A program made the position numbers and the translations under genes. From an uncultured Synechococcus sp. (lineage in GTDB: Bacteria; Cyanobacteriota; Cyanobacteriia; Cyanobacteriales; MRBY01): 32,000 nucleotides of DNA. Below, one piece after another: positions 29,169-32,000 of the stretch. Positions within the stretch are counted from its first letter, which is position 1. Each line of letters starts with the position of its first letter. A model generated the notes under the pieces. That model saw nothing but the letters and a program-made list of their open reading frames with translations, was not told where the DNA came from and searched no databases. The stretch covers positions 72 through 32,071 of the forward strand of contig CAZXBK010000002.1 of assembly GCA_964638765.1 (NCBI GenBank), written 5' to 3'.

Positions 29169-31142
29169 CTACTTCTTATCCTGCACTTTCTCTAACAACT
29201 TCCTAAAAGCTGGTTGTTGCTGCAACGTGAATAATATCGCTTTTCTTTTATCTTCGTTTTGATTTGCTTGATCCAACACCCTAGCAAACTCTTCCCCTGA
29301 TCTACCTTGCTGTCTGAAAGCCTCAGCAAGCTCTGTGAGCTGTTCTGGTTGCGCTTCCTCTAGCCTAGCCATGTTAACTTTAGAACGAGTCTCAGGGTCG
29401 TTTTTGACGTCCTCAGGAGCTTCTGCTCCGCTAATAGCTGCAATTCTGGTAGCAAGCTTAGGATTCTTCTCCATAGCTTTTGGGATTACGTTTACAAGGT
29501 TGTCTGCCTTAGCGGCAGTTCTACTAACAATTGATGGATCTTTTAGTACCTTGGATGAAATGTAAGGCGCTGCTGCCGCTCCACCAAGAGCTGTTGCGAT
29601 AACAGGGTTACCCATTGAAAGAGAGAATCCTGCCGACCCTAGGATAGCTTTCGCTGTGGTGATAGCACGAGTTGAGTATCCCTGCTTATCAGCCCACTTT
29701 TGGAATTCTCTTAACTCAACCTCATTAGCCAAATCTTCACCAATGTTTAAGAATTTCTGAGCTTCATCGTTTAATAAGAGATCGCGAAGATCCGCTTTGT
29801 CCTCTTTAGCGAGACTTTTTAGTTTATTAGCTACCGAGTCTACATTTTTAAATTTTAGACCTCTTTCAGCAGAAACTATATCACCAAACTCGTCGTATGC
29901 TTTTACAAAGTCATCCTGAACTCCTAACCTTTTGGTAAGTTTACTTAGGTAATCCATTCTTTGGGCGGACTCTGCCATATCTTTTTTATAAGCAGGATTG
30001 TTAGCTTTCAGTTCATTTGAAAAACTCTTTCTGAGATCACCAAATGCCTTAGCTACACCGGAAGTTTTTCTATCTCCACTTTCCTTAAAAGCAAGATCAC
30101 TCATATCGTCAATAATTTCTTGCCAATCTTTTTGCGAAACTCCGTCAATATAATCTCTTTCTATTTTACCAGCATACTCTCTAAGAGCTTTCTTTGCACT
30201 ATCGTCAGTTCTTCTGAGCTCATTAGCTTTATCTTTGATTAGATCGGTAAAATACTGAACTCCAATTTCTTTTTCTTCTCCAAGAGTCTGTCTAGCTGAA
30301 GAAGATAAACTTCTAGCCTCTTCACCTAAACGATTAACTCTACCCTCAACATCTTTTGCTATGTCAGTTAAACTTCTAGCAACACCAGAGAACTTCTCAG
30401 GGTTTGCAAATATTTCATCAACTTTATCAGCAGGTAATCCTGAAGTAAATTTTACAGCAGCTTTTGCGGCTTTACCGCCTAGACTTCTCAGACCCTGAGA
30501 AACGGTAGATCCAACAACAGGTATGGCAGTTGAAAGTAATGCAGCATCTTTAGCTGATTCCAATACAGCTTCTGGAACTTGTTCTAATTCTTCCGCTTGA
30601 CCTGCACCATAAATACCAGCTTCAGTAATTGCTCTAGGGGCAGTTTTTAATCCTGTTTTTAGTGCAGCTTTACCGACACCAGAAAGAGTTCTAGGTACAG
30701 CTTTTGCGACAGTACTAGCAGCTTTACCAGTAGCGCCAACACTACCGGCAGGCAAAACCATAGAAGCACCTATTTCCCCAGCAAGGTACGCGTTAGGATT
30801 AGCTTCTTCAGCAGCTTTTAGTTCAGCTCTCTCCTCGTCACGTAGATCTTCGTACAGGCTACCACCAATATCGCCCGTGAAGCCTTGCTCAGCTAATTGC
30901 TCGTCTACAGAGGAAACGCTATCTCCACCGAGAAGACCTTTTAATCTATCAAAAGCAGAGTAGGCACCAGCTCCCAATTCATCACCAAATCCAAGGGTTA
31001 CACCTTGAGAAGCTCCGCGAAGAGCCGATTCAGTCATGGTGGGAGTTTCAACCGGAGTTTCTTCCTCAATAGTGTCATCACTATCAAAGAAATCCTCTGG
31101 TGACTCTACTGTGTCTTCTGCATCAAAAAAATTATCAGCCAT
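29169..31142 (-). CDS. Large uncharacterised protein (657 aa): acidic N-terminus, Gly/Ala-rich hydrophobic segments
   Basis: Long ORF with no shadow-free alternative. Contains segments such as GEIGASMVLPAGSVGATGKAAS and AILGSAGFSLSMGNPVIATALGGAAAAP. A virion or internal protein is only a guess. Confidence 0.7.
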   Translation of the reverse strand: MADNFFDAEDTVESPEDFFDSDDTIEEETPVETPTMTESALRGASQGVTLGFGDELGAGAYSAFDRLKGLLGGDSVSSVDEQLAEQGFTGDIGGSLYEDLRDEERAELKAAEEANPNAYLAGEIGASMVLPAGSVGATGKAASTVAKAVPRTLSGVGKAALKTGLKTAPRAITEAGIYGAGQAEELEQVPEAVLESAKDAALLSTAIPVVGSTVSQGLRSLGGKAAKAAVKFTSGLPADKVDEIFANPEKFSGVARSLTDIAKDVEGRVNRLGEEARSLSSSARQTLGEEKEIGVQYFTDLIKDKANELRRTDDSAKKALREYAGKIERDYIDGVSQKDWQEIIDDMSDLAFKESGDRKTSGVAKAFGDLRKSFSNELKANNPAYKKDMAESAQRMDYLSKLTKRLGVQDDFVKAYDEFGDIVSAERGLKFKNVDSVANKLKSLAKEDKADLRDLLLNDEAQKFLNIGEDLANEVELREFQKWADKQGYSTRAITTAKAILGSAGFSLSMGNPVIATALGGAAAAPYISSKVLKDPSIVSRTAAKADNLVNVIPKAMEKNPKLATRIAAISGAEAPEDVKNDPETRSKVNMARLEEAQPEQLTELAEAFRQQGRSGEEFARVLDQANQNEDKRKAILFTLQQQPAFRKLLEKVQDKK

Positions 31143-31146
31143 AATA

Positions 31147-32000
31147 TTACCTTACTATCTTCCCGCCCTTATCAATATATTTTTGGGCAGCAGATTTTTT
31201 TACACGTTTTCTTTGTCCATTGGGAGCTTCAATTATGACGCTATCTTCAATAACGGTATCTTTTGGAGTGTATCCCCTCAATGTTCTATTATCTCTAAAG
31301 TATTTTGCTTGGTCTTTAAATCCCTTAACTCTAAGATCGAGTTTTCTAATCTCATCTTTCAAAGCTCTAATGTTTTCTTCAGTACTTCTTCTTGGATCAA
31401 AAGCGGTGTTAATAATGTTTTCACCTTCAATAGCAGCAAACTGACCACCAAGAATAGGTCTTAGCATCCCTTGGATTGCAGATCTTACTTGAGTCTTTGC
31501 TTCAGCTTCTTCAGTTAGAATACCCGCCCTTTCAGCAGCAGCAGTTTTGATTCCAGCTAATGCTCCAGTGTCTAAATCGCCCTTTTCTAGTTTTTTAACA
31601 ATATCATTGAGCTTTCCACGATTAATTTTAATATCGCCTTCAGTCTTTAAAAAATCTTGGTATTGTTTAGCAAACTCTCTATCTTGAACTTTTTCACCTT
31701 CAGTGGGAGCAGCATCTTTAGCTTCTTGCTTAGCCTTTCTTTCTGTTACTTTAGCTTTTAAAGCTTTATCTGCTCTCAGATTCTGAGCATCAATCATGTC
31801 TTGACGATACTTCCTTTGTTCCTGAGCTTGCTCTAACTGAGCTGTAGATCTAAGCTGATCCATAAGCTCACCACGCTTTTGTTCGTATTGACTCATTCCA
31901 ATATTTGTAGGCATTTTCGTTTCGATAACTCTATTTTTGTCTGAGTAAGGGTTAGCTGCTGAAAATTGAGCTGAAGCATCTAAAAGACCCTTAGCTAAGG
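31147..32000 (-). CDS. Coiled-coil protein, possibly 5'-truncated by the window edge
   Basis: The track ORF starts at ATG 31914, but the same frame stays open to 32000 (...LAKGLLDASAQFSAANPYSDKNRVIETK-MPTNIG...) and there is no SD before 31914. Confidence 0.6.
   Translation of the reverse strand, partial: LAKGLLDASAQFSAANPYSDKNRVIETKMPTNIGMSQYEQKRGELMDQLRSTAQLEQAQEQRKYRQDMIDAQNLRADKALKAKVTERKAKQEAKDAAPTEGEKVQDREFAKQYQDFLKTEGDIKINRGKLNDIVKKLEKGDLDTGALAGIKTAAAERAGILTEEAEAKTQVRSAIQGMLRPILGGQFAAIEGENIINTAFDPRRSTEENIRALKDEIRKLDLRVKGFKDQAKYFRDNRTLRGYTPKDTVIEDSVIIEAPNGQRKRVKKSAAQKYIDKGGKIVR

Noticed and set aside
29335-31464. Plus-strand track ORFs 29335..29565, 31036..31464 and 31220..31444.
   Set aside because: They are nested antisense to long minus-strand ORFs, have Ser/Leu-rich shadow composition, and lack SD sites.
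1-32000. Search for an integrase, transposase, att-like or terminal inverted repeats, and toxin-antitoxin or known defence-system signatures.
   Set aside because: I found no recombinase, transposase or recognisable defence-system motifs by eye. The HNH gene is free-standing, and I could not define any mobile-element boundaries.

Overview
This gene-dense, moderately AT-rich window (judged by eye, not computed) reads as the early/replication arm of a tailed-phage or phage-like genome. About 85 tightly packed ORFs lie on the + strand from 1 to about 28.85 kb, most joined by ATGA, TAATG or GTGA stop-start overlaps. They meet a convergent minus-strand block (28.78-32.0 kb) of large uncharacterised, probably late or virion proteins. 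Genes recognised by motif: MoxR-like AAA+ ATPase with an HExxH/VWA partner, Cas4-like PD-(D/E)XK nuclease, ERF-type annealing protein, AEP-primase/SF4-helicase fusion, family B DNA polymerase, C5 DNA methyltransferase, stand-alone DEDD exonuclease, two ClpP-like serine proteases (one with a signal peptide), a DUF5664-like nucleotide pyrophosphohydrolase, dUTPase, HNH endonuclease, a PQ-loop/SemiSWEET-like membrane protein and a lipoprotein metallopeptidase. I saw no rRNA, tRNA, CRISPR array, integrase or transposase. The main finding is a large paralogous family. About 27 small ORFs (roughly 60-100 aa) end in the same C-terminal tail, (S/T/N/P)-K-(I/V/L)-x-x-(I/L)-L-(Y/F/W)-G plus 1-5 residues, and many also start with a (M)KVGD-like N-terminus. 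They sit in nearly every gap between the core genes and cover roughly a fifth of the window. Several downstream genes, including the primase-helicase, start at an ATG embedded in the tail's Tyr-Gly codons (tATGGn). Four small genes, three of them family members, need a +1 frameshift at or near a homopolymer; two of these sites are CCC-TGA and TTT-TGA. Other observations: at least ten near-consensus sigma70-type promoters (TTGACA-N17/18-TATAAT, often with TGn), some of them intragenic, and a perfect 9-bp GAAA-tetraloop hairpin. All functional calls rest on motifs read by eye; no database search was possible.
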